Below, in pieces: positions 36,341 through 45,113 of a stretch of DNA of 64,000 nt. The notes beneath the pieces were generated by a model, which worked only from the letters and a program-made list of their open reading frames with translations, ran no database searches and had not been told where the DNA came from. The stretch is from Candidatus Woesebacteria bacterium RIFCSPHIGHO2_01_FULL_39_32 (GTDB lineage: Bacteria; Patescibacteriota; Microgenomatia; UBA8517). A program made the translations under genes and the position numbers. Where the stretch lies: the NCBI GenBank assembly GCA_001792345.1, contig MGGJ01000001.1, positions 292,688 through 356,687 on the forward strand, read 5' to 3'. Every line of letters starts with the position of its first letter. Position 1 is the first letter of the stretch.

Positions 36341-37105
36341 ATGGCAAATTTGTCTGTTAGCGCAGTTGTATTAACCAAAAACGAAGAGAGTAACATCAAA
36401 GATTGTATTGAATCTTTGAAATTTTGTGATGAAATAATAGTAGTTGATGATAACTCGAAAGATGAGACAACATCAATTGCAGAAAAACTTGGTGCCAAAG
36501 TCTATAAAAGGTATATGGATATGAATTATTCAGAACAAAGCAATTTCGGAATGGAGAAAGCGCAGAATAAATGGGTTTTATTTTTGGATGCTGATGAGCG
36601 GATAACTGATAATCTCTCGAAAGATATAGTTAATACGCTTGGGAGAAACGAACAAATTAAGGGCTACTATTTCAGAAGGGTAGATTATATGTGGGGTTCT
36701 TGGCTAAAACATGGTGAATCGGGGTATTCAACGGTTCTACGGCTAGTAAGGAAAGGGTCCGGAAACTGGGTAAGAAGGGTCCACCCACGCTTTGAAATTA
36801 GAGGTCGGACCTCTGAATTTTCTTACCCAATAAAACATTATCCTCATCAGAGTGTAGGAGCGTTTATTGAGTCTGTGGATAGGTGGTCAACTTGGCATGC
36901 GGTAGCAAATAATGAGGAAGGCAAAAGTTCATCGGTCATTAAAATTTTGTTTTGGCCGGCGGCGCATTTTGTGAAAAATTTCATAATACGAATGGGATTT
37001 CTGGACGGTATACAAGGATTTGTCTTTGCTATTGTTATGAGTTTTCACTCATATTTGGCCTGGAGTAAACTATGGATGCTTCAAAAAAGATTTATCAAAA
37101 ACTAG
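36341..37105 (+). CDS. Glycosyltransferase family 2
   Basis: LTKNEE, VDDNSKD, WVLFLDADE, GFLDGIQG. Confidence 0.9.
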   Translation: MANLSVSAVVLTKNEESNIKDCIESLKFCDEIIVVDDNSKDETTSIAEKLGAKVYKRYMDMNYSEQSNFGMEKAQNKWVLFLDADERITDNLSKDIVNTLGRNEQIKGYYFRRVDYMWGSWLKHGESGYSTVLRLVRKGSGNWVRRVHPRFEIRGRTSEFSYPIKHYPHQSVGAFIESVDRWSTWHAVANNEEGKSSSVIKILFWPAAHFVKNFIIRMGFLDGIQGFVFAIVMSFHSYLAWSKLWMLQKRFIKN

Positions 37106-38256
37106 GTGTAGGAATAGTTTTTTTATATTTATTATTCTACCCTTTCGGTCAGCTACTTCGTTTTAACTTTCAGCTAACGAGTGAGGAAATCCCAATACAC
37201 GCCGTTGATATAATAGCTTTGATATCTATTCCTTTAATTATAGTGGCCCGATCTAAAAAACCTAATATAGACCGTGCAATAAAATCCTTTCTAATAATCG
37301 CTTTTTTTTCAAACGTACTGTCCTTATATTTTTTTCCGCTGAATGAAGTTTTAGTGAATTCACTTTATTTATTAAGAATTTTTGCTTACTACTCATTTTT
37401 CGTATTAGTGTGGAACCTGATTGTCAGAAAGGCGTTAGATAAAAAGATACTTTACGCTGGTCTAATTTCATTGTCAGTTTTTGCAGCGATATTCGGTTGG
37501 ATTCAGTATTTTTGGCTACCAGATCTCACCTCGCTTAAATATATTGGATGGGATGATCATTTATACCGACTTGTCGGGACGTATTTAGATCCAGGATTTA
37601 CAGGTATTATCCTTGTTATGGGTTTTTTATTGGTTAGTAATTTGTTTTTGCAAGAGAAAGGGAAGTATCAGTTGGTAATTGCTTTTTTTCTTTTTATCTC
37701 GGTTCTTTTCACTTACTCTCGCGCATCATACCTGGCGCTATTATTAGGAATGTTCACATTGGCTTGGTTGAAGAAAAAGAAAAAACTGCTAACTTTAATG
37801 GTTCTTGCATTTATTTTCATTGTTCCACTTTTACCCCGGCCGAAAAGTGAAGGTGCTAGGCTTGAGCGAACCCAAAGTGTTTATGCAAGATTAAATAACT
37901 ACAGACAGACCTTTTCAATAATTAGCGAATACCCGCTATTTGGAGTAGGTTTTAATAACATCTGTAGTGCTCGTATTGAAATGTTCGGAGGAAGTAATGA
38001 CTCACATGCCTGTAGTGGCGCCGATTCGAGTTTGCTTTTTGTGACCGCAACAACGGGAGTTTTAGGTTTAATAACCTTTTTATATATGGGTTTAAAAGTA
38101 TTTAACAGTATTAATTTTGATTTGTATCGGAACACTTTTCTAACACTGGCATTTACAATTGTTGGTCATAGTTTTTTCGTTAACAGTATGTTTTATCCTT
38201 GGGTAATGGGGTTTATGGCAATCCTCTTTGCTTGCGCGATTAAGGAGCATACGTAA
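37072..38256 (+). CDS. O-antigen ligase/polymerase family membrane protein
   Basis: RLVGTYLDP, FTYSRASYL, PLFGVGFN, GHSFFVNS. Confidence 0.8.
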   Translation: MDASKKIYQKLGVGIVFLYLLFYPFGQLLRFNFQLTSEEIPIHAVDIIALISIPLIIVARSKKPNIDRAIKSFLIIAFFSNVLSLYFFPLNEVLVNSLYLLRIFAYYSFFVLVWNLIVRKALDKKILYAGLISLSVFAAIFGWIQYFWLPDLTSLKYIGWDDHLYRLVGTYLDPGFTGIILVMGFLLVSNLFLQEKGKYQLVIAFFLFISVLFTYSRASYLALLLGMFTLAWLKKKKKLLTLMVLAFIFIVPLLPRPKSEGARLERTQSVYARLNNYRQTFSIISEYPLFGVGFNNICSARIEMFGGSNDSHACSGADSSLLFVTATTGVLGLITFLYMGLKVFNSINFDLYRNTFLTLAFTIVGHSFFVNSMFYPWVMGFMAILFACAIKEHT

Positions 38257-38944
38257 CTTTAAGGTTTTTTTCAACCTTATTTCTGGCTTCGTCTTCGGCT
38301 TTAACTGTAAAATTATTTTGGCCTTCTGAAAGAGTTGTTACGAAAGAAAAGGTTCCGTCGCTCTCTACAACAACCACTCTATCGTTTATTTGAACTTTGG
38401 CGTTTTCTTCAACCTTTCCTTCAATAATTAACTGCCGCTGACGAGATCCGAAAAACTCTGATTCATCTTCTGGTTTTGAGATTTCTAAACTGGGTTCGTC
38501 ATTATCTAAAATAATTTCTGTTTCGGTTTTTTGGCTAACATTACCTGAATTATCTTTTGCATAAGCAACAATAATATTTATACCTTCCGAAAGATTTATC
38601 GTTAAAAGAAATCTTCCCTGACTATTGGCAAGTACTTCTTCTTTTTTGCCGTTAACCGTAATATTTACAGTTGATCCTGCTTCAGTTGAACCTTTTAATT
38701 CAAGGCTGTCTTGATTAGTAGCGGATGGTTGCGAATCGAATCTTGGTGGTGGTGGAGGAGTGGAATCTGAGACCTCTACCTCTTCCGAACCGCGTCTTAA
38801 GTCAAGCAAAAAGGCAGAGAATTTTGCAGCACCAGTAAGCCCGTAGAAAAAAATAAGTATAATTAATCCCAATGTTATTACAATTAATGTATAAGCTCTT
38901 TTCTTATTCTTCCTCTCTTCGATTGTAAGTCGTCTTGAGTACAT
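38240..38944 (-). CDS. Membrane-anchored protein with two Ig-like beta-sandwich repeats
   Basis: N-terminal TM, Pro linker, repeats LSEGINII..AKD..GN and LSEGQNNF..AED..RN. Confidence 0.75.
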   Translation of the reverse strand: MYSRRLTIEERKNKKRAYTLIVITLGLIILIFFYGLTGAAKFSAFLLDLRRGSEEVEVSDSTPPPPPRFDSQPSATNQDSLELKGSTEAGSTVNITVNGKKEEVLANSQGRFLLTINLSEGINIIVAYAKDNSGNVSQKTETEIILDNDEPSLEISKPEDESEFFGSRQRQLIIEGKVEENAKVQINDRVVVVESDGTFSFVTTLSEGQNNFTVKAEDEARNKVEKNLKVTYAP

Positions 38945-38948
38945 AAAG

Positions 38949-39021
38949 AGCCAGGAGTGGGAATTGAACCCACGACCTCGGCTTTACGAAAGCCTTGCTC
39001 TACCGTCTGAGCTATCCTGGC
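38949..39021 (-). tRNA. tRNA-Thr (CGT), CCA not encoded
   Basis: GCCAGGATAGCTCAGACGGTAGAGCAAGGCTTTCGTAAAGCCGAGGTCGTGGGTTCAATTCCCACTCCTGGCT. Confidence 0.92.
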
Positions 39022-39045
39022 GCATAGCAATTATACCACTGAAGT

Positions 39046-39768
39046 TTAATATCCGGTGAATTTCTCGGCTCGGAGTTTATCTGAGGTAATTTTCATTGAA
39101 CCCAAAACTTTTTCCACTGCTTCGACCATAGGGGGAGGACCACAGAGCCAGTAGGTTGGAGATGAGATGTGGGAAGTGAGACGCGTGATCATATCTGCAT
39201 CAATGCGACGGGTTAATCCTATCCATTTTTGTTTGGACTCTTCAGGTCGAGATATTGTAAAGTCTACTTTAATATTGTCGTATTTTTTATCCCACGACTC
39301 TAACTCTTTTCTGAAAGTAATTTCGGAAGGGGTGGAATTAGCGTAAATAAGATGAATACTTATTTTTGTCAGCTTTTTGTCAATGTTGTATTTGATAAAG
39401 CTCCTGAATGGTGTGATTCCTATCCCACCAGCTATAAGTATATGTGTTCCAATCTCTTTTTCATCCAGTATATAAGTTCCATTGGGCCCCTCACCTTCAA
39501 TGATGCTTCCGATAGAAAGACTGTCAAGAGTTTGTTTATATCCTGAATTATCTCTGATTCGAGTAGTCAGGCAAATGTTTGGTCCTTCAGTAGGAGAAAG
39601 AGATATAGTGAAATGTCTTGTAGATCCTCGCGGGTCCGGCTGAGAGAGTTTGGGAAGAGTAAAATAAAAATATTGTCCTGGAAGCCAAGAAACCGGTTTT
39701 TCAGTTTCCCAAAAAAAAGATTTTGTATCTTTAGCCTCCTCGACTTTTCGAATAAGTTTCAGTTTCAT
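39046..39768 (-). CDS. FAD/NAD(P)-binding oxidoreductase (ferredoxin-NADP reductase-like)
   Basis: PGQY, RHFTIS, GPNG, IAGGIGITPF, LCGPPPM, EKF. Confidence 0.9.
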   Translation of the reverse strand: MKLKLIRKVEEAKDTKSFFWETEKPVSWLPGQYFYFTLPKLSQPDPRGSTRHFTISLSPTEGPNICLTTRIRDNSGYKQTLDSLSIGSIIEGEGPNGTYILDEKEIGTHILIAGGIGITPFRSFIKYNIDKKLTKISIHLIYANSTPSEITFRKELESWDKKYDNIKVDFTISRPEESKQKWIGLTRRIDADMITRLTSHISSPTYWLCGPPPMVEAVEKVLGSMKITSDKLRAEKFTGY

Positions 39769-39773
39769 TTAAT

Positions 39774-40088
39774 TCATTTAAACTCATTTAAACACTCCCG
39801 TTTTACGGTCTCGTAGGAAAAGTCGTTATTATTGATACTATACCTTTTACCTAATATGTCACTTGAATTGGCTGCAACTTCACTACAACTTGTTTCAACA
39901 AGCATTGGTCTATACCGAACAAATACTGCCCAGCCGATTAATGAAGCAACAGCCAGGACTAAAAGAAGATACAGTTTACTTTTGTGTTCTGGCGTGTACA
40001 TATTCTTTGAGTGGGATACGGGAGTCCCTTCGATTTCACTCAGGGTAAAATTCTCCTCCTGTATCTCGTTGTGTTTCGTCAGTCTCAC
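39774..40088 (-). CDS. Hypothetical single-TM protein (start uncertain)
   Basis: ORF between tRNA-Gly and the oxidoreductase; TM segment plus a Cys pair. Confidence 0.55.
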   Translation of the reverse strand: MRLTKHNEIQEENFTLSEIEGTPVSHSKNMYTPEHKSKLYLLLVLAVASLIGWAVFVRYRPMLVETSCSEVAANSSDILGKRYSINNNDFSYETVKRECLNEFK

Positions 40089-40092
40089 GCGA

Positions 40093-40110
40093 ATGCTGAG
40101 CCTGTCGAAC
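40093..40110. repeat. REP-like palindrome, copy 2, directly after tRNA-Gly
   Basis: Reverse complement GTTCGACAGGCTCAGCAT. Confidence 0.7.
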
Positions 40111-40113
40111 CAG

Positions 40114-40184
40114 AGCGGGATACGGGAGTCGAACCCGTCTTCCTACCTTGGGAAGGTAGTGTTGAACCGCTCAACTAATCCCGC
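40114..40184 (-). tRNA. tRNA-Gly (CCC), CCA not encoded
   Basis: GCGGGATTAGTTGAGCGGTTCAACACTACCTTCCCAAGGTAGGAAGACGGGTTCGACTCCCGTATCCCGCT. Confidence 0.92.
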
Positions 40185-40258
40185 ATAAACACCTGATATC
40201 ATTATTACCACATAACTTCCTATCGTTCAAGGTAGTTTTAAACGAGTATTTTTGCGGT

Positions 40259-41059
40259 TTAGCGAGGGAGTTTAAAAGAGTTGCCAGGATGTATTAACGC
40301 AGGGTTCAAAAGATTATTTTCTTTAGCGATATCTGACCAGCGGTATCCATCACCGTAGGCCCGAACAGCAATTTTCCAAAGAGAATCTCCTTGTTTTACG
40401 GTATAAGAACCACCAGAAATTGCCTCTGCCTCGGAAAGTGATTTTGGGCTATCTACAACTGTAGCTAATTTGAACTCAACAGAAGGTATATTAAGCTTTT
40501 GTCCTTCATTGATAATACCAGGATTTTCTAAATTATTTTCTTTTGCAATATCTACCCAGTTGTAACCAGATTTATAGTACTTTTCTGCTATTACCCAAAG
40601 TGTTTCCCCCTTTGCCACCGTATGTTGACTACCAACTGTCGTCATAACAACTTCTTCTGATTGAGTGGGTGTTGGTGATTTTTCTTCTTTTGTAGGTTGA
40701 TCCTGAGCTATTTCAGCACTTGCCGTACCAGGAATAATTAATGTTTGTCCAGATCTTATTTGATTTGGATCGGTAATGTTATTGGCTTGGGCAATTTTAC
40801 TCCACTCAAATCCTGTTCCATAATATTGCTCGGAAATTTTCCAAAGATCCTCGCCTTCCTGAACAACATGGGTTGTACCTTCCGTTAATTCTCCCTCTAT
40901 TTCCAAAGGTGGAACTATTTCTCCTTTCCTACTAGAGAAATAATTAATAAGAAGCACTCCCGCGACGACAATAACAAAAGCCCCAAGTATCATACTAATC
41001 GTTGATTCGTGTAGCTTTATAGACTTTAGTGTTGACTTAAGATTCAAGATATTCACCAC
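40259..41059 (-). CDS. Membrane-anchored protein with three LysM domains
   Basis: HVVQEGEDLWKIS, HTVAKGETLWVIA, YTVKQGDSLWKIA. Confidence 0.92.
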   Translation of the reverse strand: MVNILNLKSTLKSIKLHESTISMILGAFVIVVAGVLLINYFSSRKGEIVPPLEIEGELTEGTTHVVQEGEDLWKISEQYYGTGFEWSKIAQANNITDPNQIRSGQTLIIPGTASAEIAQDQPTKEEKSPTPTQSEEVVMTTVGSQHTVAKGETLWVIAEKYYKSGYNWVDIAKENNLENPGIINEGQKLNIPSVEFKLATVVDSPKSLSEAEAISGGSYTVKQGDSLWKIAVRAYGDGYRWSDIAKENNLLNPALIHPGNSFKLPR

Positions 41060-41433
41060 CTTTCAGGAGCAGTTATCGGAGCAGCTTTTCAACAGTCTGA
41101 ATTTAAACTATGAGCTTAGTTTTGTCAAGCCCCGCAAATAATACGAATATTATTGTTGAAATTTTGATTCCATAAAAATAAATATTATATTTCACAACAT
41201 CTTTCACGATTAAAATTAACTATTTATAATATTTCACGACCCTTTTCATATTTTGTATTGATAAAATTATACAAAAGATATTTAACTTTTGGTATTAATA
41301 AATGTATACAAATATAGTTCATTAGATTCAGTTGTTTTTAAAGCCTTTGCTTCTATATAAAAAATGTGCCTTGAAAAAATTAAGATACACTTTTCCATAA
41401 TTTACTGTATAATTAAAGAATAAAAGTAATCAA

Positions 41434-41712
41434 ATGGAAGCGCCAAAACTTAGACAAATAGATAATGTGGATGGATCAGGGGTATTCTGGGTTGTAATTT
41501 TTCAAGGACGAATTTCTTACACAACCAAGATTTTAAGATGCGGACATTGTCATAAAATTTCAGATTACTTGATTTATGAAAATAACTCCAATAATAAACA
41601 AAGCAAAGGAGTATTACTGTGTACAAAGAAAGAATGTGTAGACTGGGGTTCTGATTGGAGAAAGGATAAGAAAGCAGAAATGTTAGGTGTAAAGTTTTTG
41701 AATGATATCTAA
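41434..41712 (+). CDS. Hypothetical protein with a possible Zn-binding site
   Basis: CGHC...CTKKEC; upstream TTGAAA..TGTATAAT. Confidence 0.55.
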   Translation: MEAPKLRQIDNVDGSGVFWVVIFQGRISYTTKILRCGHCHKISDYLIYENNSNNKQSKGVLLCTKKECVDWGSDWRKDKKAEMLGVKFLNDI

Positions 41713-41737
41713 AGTTTTATCTCCTAAGAAATTTGGT

Positions 41738-42244
41738 TTATAACTCAGCACGAAGTCTGTTAATTATCGTTCCTGAATTTGTAACTCTTTTACTCTTGTC
41801 CAGGATGAAAGTGATATTATTTTCTTTTGCAATTTTCTTTTTCTTTAACCAATGTTTATCACATAATCTGTGGGTAAAAATATGTGACGGGGAGACTTGC
41901 TTTACAATTTTCTTATAAGTTTCAAGGGCTTCTTCGCTGTCGTGATGAGATACTGACTTAATTTCAAAGATTTTATCTATGGTTTCTAAGTCAGAAAGTA
42001 ATTCACTTCTTCTTCTAAGGTTGTTAATTGGGCGATTTTTCCCTTTTACTAACTTAATTGTTTCATCGTTATCTAAACCAACAATAAGTACGTCTACATA
42101 TCTTTTTGCAAAACGAAAAAGTTTAATATGTCCTAAATGAAGAATGTCAAAACTTCCTACTACTAATCCCACTCTTCTACCATTATCTTTGTTTATTTTT
42201 GAAAAGTGCGATGCACCGTATAAAGAAGTAATTTTCTCCATCAT
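41738..42244 (-). CDS. Cytidylyltransferase-like (RfaE2/TagD-type) nucleotidyltransferase
   Basis: GSFDILHLGHI, LIVGLDND..IK..KG..RPIN. Confidence 0.88.
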   Translation of the reverse strand: MMEKITSLYGASHFSKINKDNGRRVGLVVGSFDILHLGHIKLFRFAKRYVDVLIVGLDNDETIKLVKGKNRPINNLRRRSELLSDLETIDKIFEIKSVSHHDSEEALETYKKIVKQVSPSHIFTHRLCDKHWLKKKKIAKENNITFILDKSKRVTNSGTIINRLRAEL

Positions 42245-42377
42245 AAGCTGATTATATCAACGAATAGCGCCTTTTTCTTATCACTCAAAACTGAATCCCA
42301 ACACCGGGTGTTAATTACGTTCAAACAATGGGTTATTATTTAAGATTTTTTAAGAATTCAATTTTTTGCGGGTATTA

Positions 42378-42437
42378 CCTCGCCGACGCTTCAAGTAGCT
42401 GCGAAGTTGTCTTCGCTAAAGCTACGACGAAGCGAGG
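42378..42437. repeat. GC-rich nested palindrome containing CTTCGCTAAAGCTACG (second REP-like type)
   Basis: CCTCG..GCTTC ... GAAGC-GAGG outer arms; inner GTCTTCGCTAAAGCTACGAC. Confidence 0.55.
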
Positions 42438-42498
42438 GCGGCTCTAGTGAACTATCTCCGGAACATTTATTTCAAATATCCAATTAAACACGAAGAGA

Positions 42499-42852
42499 TT
42501 AATCTAAGTCCACATCGGGAGCTTCGTAAATTTTCGGAGTAGAGCCGAGAGTTCTCTCTAAAACTATTAAATTTTCTCCAGATTCAATCACGCTTTTCGG
42601 ACCATCAACTTGGAGAGTGCCCCAAAGCTGATCACCTACAGATGCTGCCTCTAATAAAAATTCGCTCAAGCGAGGAACAATACCTTTACCGCTCCTTGGA
42701 AATGCGTATACAGTATACCTTGCACCACTCCCGTCAGCTTTTTCAACAAATGCACTATCAATTTCATCAGGACAGTATTTTGCGTCAAACAACTTCAGTC
42801 TTTCTTGTAAAGGAAGTTCGCTGTTTCTGATGTCCAACCGTTCATTTGCCAT
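42499..42852 (-). CDS. Hypothetical protein
   Basis: ATG 42852 (MANERLD...) lies just after a TATAAT box. Confidence 0.55.
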   Translation of the reverse strand: MANERLDIRNSELPLQERLKLFDAKYCPDEIDSAFVEKADGSGARYTVYAFPRSGKGIVPRLSEFLLEAASVGDQLWGTLQVDGPKSVIESGENLIVLERTLGSTPKIYEAPDVDLD

Positions 42853-42910
42853 GTTGGTATTATAACTATAAGACAAATAAAAGTAAATCAATGAGCAAAC
42901 TTGCAGCTAA

Positions 42911-42930
42911 TTTGCGGGGCTGAAGGGACT
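42911..42930 (-). repeat. Direct-repeat copy of the tRNA-Asp 3' end (att-like)
   Basis: TTTGCGGGGCTGAAGGGACT is identical to 43012-43031. Confidence 0.85.
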
Positions 42931-42931
42931 A

Positions 42932-42956
42932 CCATTCGACTGCGCTCAGGGTAAAC
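42932..42956. repeat. REP-like palindrome, copy 3
   Basis: CCATTCGACTGCGCTCAGGGTAAAC. Confidence 0.75.
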
Positions 42957-43015
42957 TTCTCGTCCGGTCCATAAAACTAAAAACCCTCACCCTTTGGTGG
43001 GGATTTTCTAGTTTG

Positions 43016-43089
43016 CGGGGCTGAAGGGACTCGAACCCTCGACCTTCCGCGTGACAGGCGGACGCTCTAACCAACTGAGCTACAACCCC
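43016..43089 (-). tRNA. tRNA-Asp (GTC), CCA not encoded
   Basis: GGGGTTGTAGCTCAGTTGGTTAGAGCGTCCGCCTGTCACGCGGAAGGTCGAGGGTTCGAGTCCCTTCAGCCCCG. Confidence 0.95.
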
Positions 43090-43172
43090 TTAATTTAAGG
43101 AAGATTATATCTCAAAAAGTATTGCAGGACAACTTCTCAATCGAATTCGCTGTGAGGTATAATCAAATAAAG

Positions 43173-44966
43173 ATGAGAATGCATAAAGCGATGACGAATC
43201 TGGAAATTGCGGAACTTTTGAGAGCTGTGGCTGCGGCATATCAACTCCAAAGTGAATCGAAAAATCGGTTTAGAATTATTGCATATCAGCGAGCAGCAGA
43301 TTCAGTTGAGCATTCTTCAAGTGAACTTAAAGATCTTTGGGACGAAGGAAAGTTAAATGAAATTGCAGGAATTGGACCAAGTATTTCAAAACACTTGGAT
43401 GAACTTTTTAAAAAGGGTTCATCAAGCCATTTTAGTCAAGTTATGAAAGGACTTCCTCCGCAGATGTTTGAGCTAATGATTATTCCAGGAATTGGAGCAA
43501 AAACAGCTTATAAGTTGGTAACAGAGTTTGGATCTAAAATTTCAGAAAAGAACCCAATTGGGGATTTAGAGGAATTAGCTAAAGAAGGGAAAATATCAAC
43601 TATTGAAAATTTTGGGCAAGAGTCGGAAAAAGATATTCTTCGCTCGATCGCTGAAGTCAAAGGGAGATCTAAAAGACACCTACTACCATATGCAGATAGA
43701 ATTGCCGATGAGGTTATTGAGTGGTTAAAAAAAGAAAATGAGGTTTTGAAAGCCGACCCCTTAGGAAGTTTAAGAAGATGTGCTTCAACGGTAGGAGACG
43801 TTGATATAGCAGTTGCAACGAAAAATCCTCAAAAAGTATTAAATCATTTTACTAAGTTTCCTAAAGCTCAAAGAATATTGGAAAAGGGAGGAGCAACTTC
43901 TTCAATTGTTGTTCCAAGTGATATGCAAGTTGATTTAATGGTTCAACCGCAGGATCGATATGGGGCACTTTTGCAACATTTTACTGGAAGTAAACACCAC
44001 AATATTGCTTTAAGAGAATTTGCCTTAAAGAAAAATTACAGTCTTTCAGAATACGGTATTAGAAAAAGAGGAGCAAAAGGGTTAAAGAAATTTGCAACAG
44101 AAGAAAGTTTTTATAATTTTTTAGGATTAGACTGGATTCCACCAGAACTCAGGGAGGATACGGGAGAAATTAAGGCTGCTTTGAATCATCAACTTCCTAA
44201 ACTAGTCGAAGTCCGAGAGATTAAGGCAGATCTTCAAATCCACTCTTCTTTTGATGTGGAGACAAGTCACGATCTAGGAGAATCTAGCATGGAAGAGATT
44301 GTTAATAAAGCGAATAGTATGGGCTATGAGTACGTTGCTTTTACTGAGCACAACCCAAGTCATAGTAGACATAGTGAAGGACAAATTGTCGATATTTTAA
44401 GACGAAAGAAGGAAGCGATTGCGAAGTTAAATGAAAGTATCAAAGGCGTCAAAAGTATCAAAGGCGCCAAAAGAGTTTATAACTCCTTAGAAATAGACAT
44501 TCTACCATCGGGAAAGCTACCCGTAACTGAAAAGGGTTTAGAAACTTTGGATTTTGCATTGGTGTCAATACACTCAAGCTTTCGCTTGTCGAAAAGCCAG
44601 ATGACTAAAAGGGTTATATCAGGATTAATGCATCCTAAAGTTAAGATTTTTGCTCACCCTACAGCTAGGAAACTAACTCAAAGAGAAGGAATTGATTTGG
44701 ATTGGGAGAAGATCTTTGACTTTTGCATAAAACATGACATATGGGTGGAAATTAACTGTGATCCAATGAGACTGGACTTGCCCGACTTTCTAGTAAAAGA
44801 AGCTGTTGGTTTGGGAATTAAATTAACTTTAGGAACAGATTCGCACCACGTCGATCATATGGATAATATGGAATTTGGAGTTTCTGTTGCTAGACGTGGC
44901 TGGGCAGAGAAAAAAGATATTATAAATACGAGGAGTTTAGAAGAGTTTGAAAAGATGATAAAATGA
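43173..44966 (+). CDS. polX: DNA polymerase X with a C-terminal PHP domain
   Basis: RFRIIAYQRAA, GIG HhH motifs, GSLRR..TVGDVD, HFTGSKHHN, LSEYG, IPPELRED; PHP motifs DLQIHS, AHPT, GTDSHH. Confidence 0.92.
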   Translation: MRMHKAMTNLEIAELLRAVAAAYQLQSESKNRFRIIAYQRAADSVEHSSSELKDLWDEGKLNEIAGIGPSISKHLDELFKKGSSSHFSQVMKGLPPQMFELMIIPGIGAKTAYKLVTEFGSKISEKNPIGDLEELAKEGKISTIENFGQESEKDILRSIAEVKGRSKRHLLPYADRIADEVIEWLKKENEVLKADPLGSLRRCASTVGDVDIAVATKNPQKVLNHFTKFPKAQRILEKGGATSSIVVPSDMQVDLMVQPQDRYGALLQHFTGSKHHNIALREFALKKNYSLSEYGIRKRGAKGLKKFATEESFYNFLGLDWIPPELREDTGEIKAALNHQLPKLVEVREIKADLQIHSSFDVETSHDLGESSMEEIVNKANSMGYEYVAFTEHNPSHSRHSEGQIVDILRRKKEAIAKLNESIKGVKSIKGAKRVYNSLEIDILPSGKLPVTEKGLETLDFALVSIHSSFRLSKSQMTKRVISGLMHPKVKIFAHPTARKLTQREGIDLDWEKIFDFCIKHDIWVEINCDPMRLDLPDFLVKEAVGLGIKLTLGTDSHHVDHMDNMEFGVSVARRGWAEKKDIINTRSLEEFEKMIK

Positions 44967-44969
44967 ATT

Positions 44970-45091
44970 TACCTAATTAACCTAATTTCTAATTAACCTA
45001 AATAATTACCAAGCACCAATAACCAATTTTGTTTGGGATTTAGAAATTAGGATTTATTTAGAAATTAGAGCAATTAGAATAATTAGAAATT
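44970..45091. repeat. Intergenic inverted array of short CTAATT/AATTAG units
   Basis: For example, CCTAATTTCTAA (44981-44992) is the exact reverse complement of TTAGAAATTAGG (45040-45051). Confidence 0.7.
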
Positions 45092-45113
45092 CTCAGAAGG
45101 GTGGTGAAAAATA

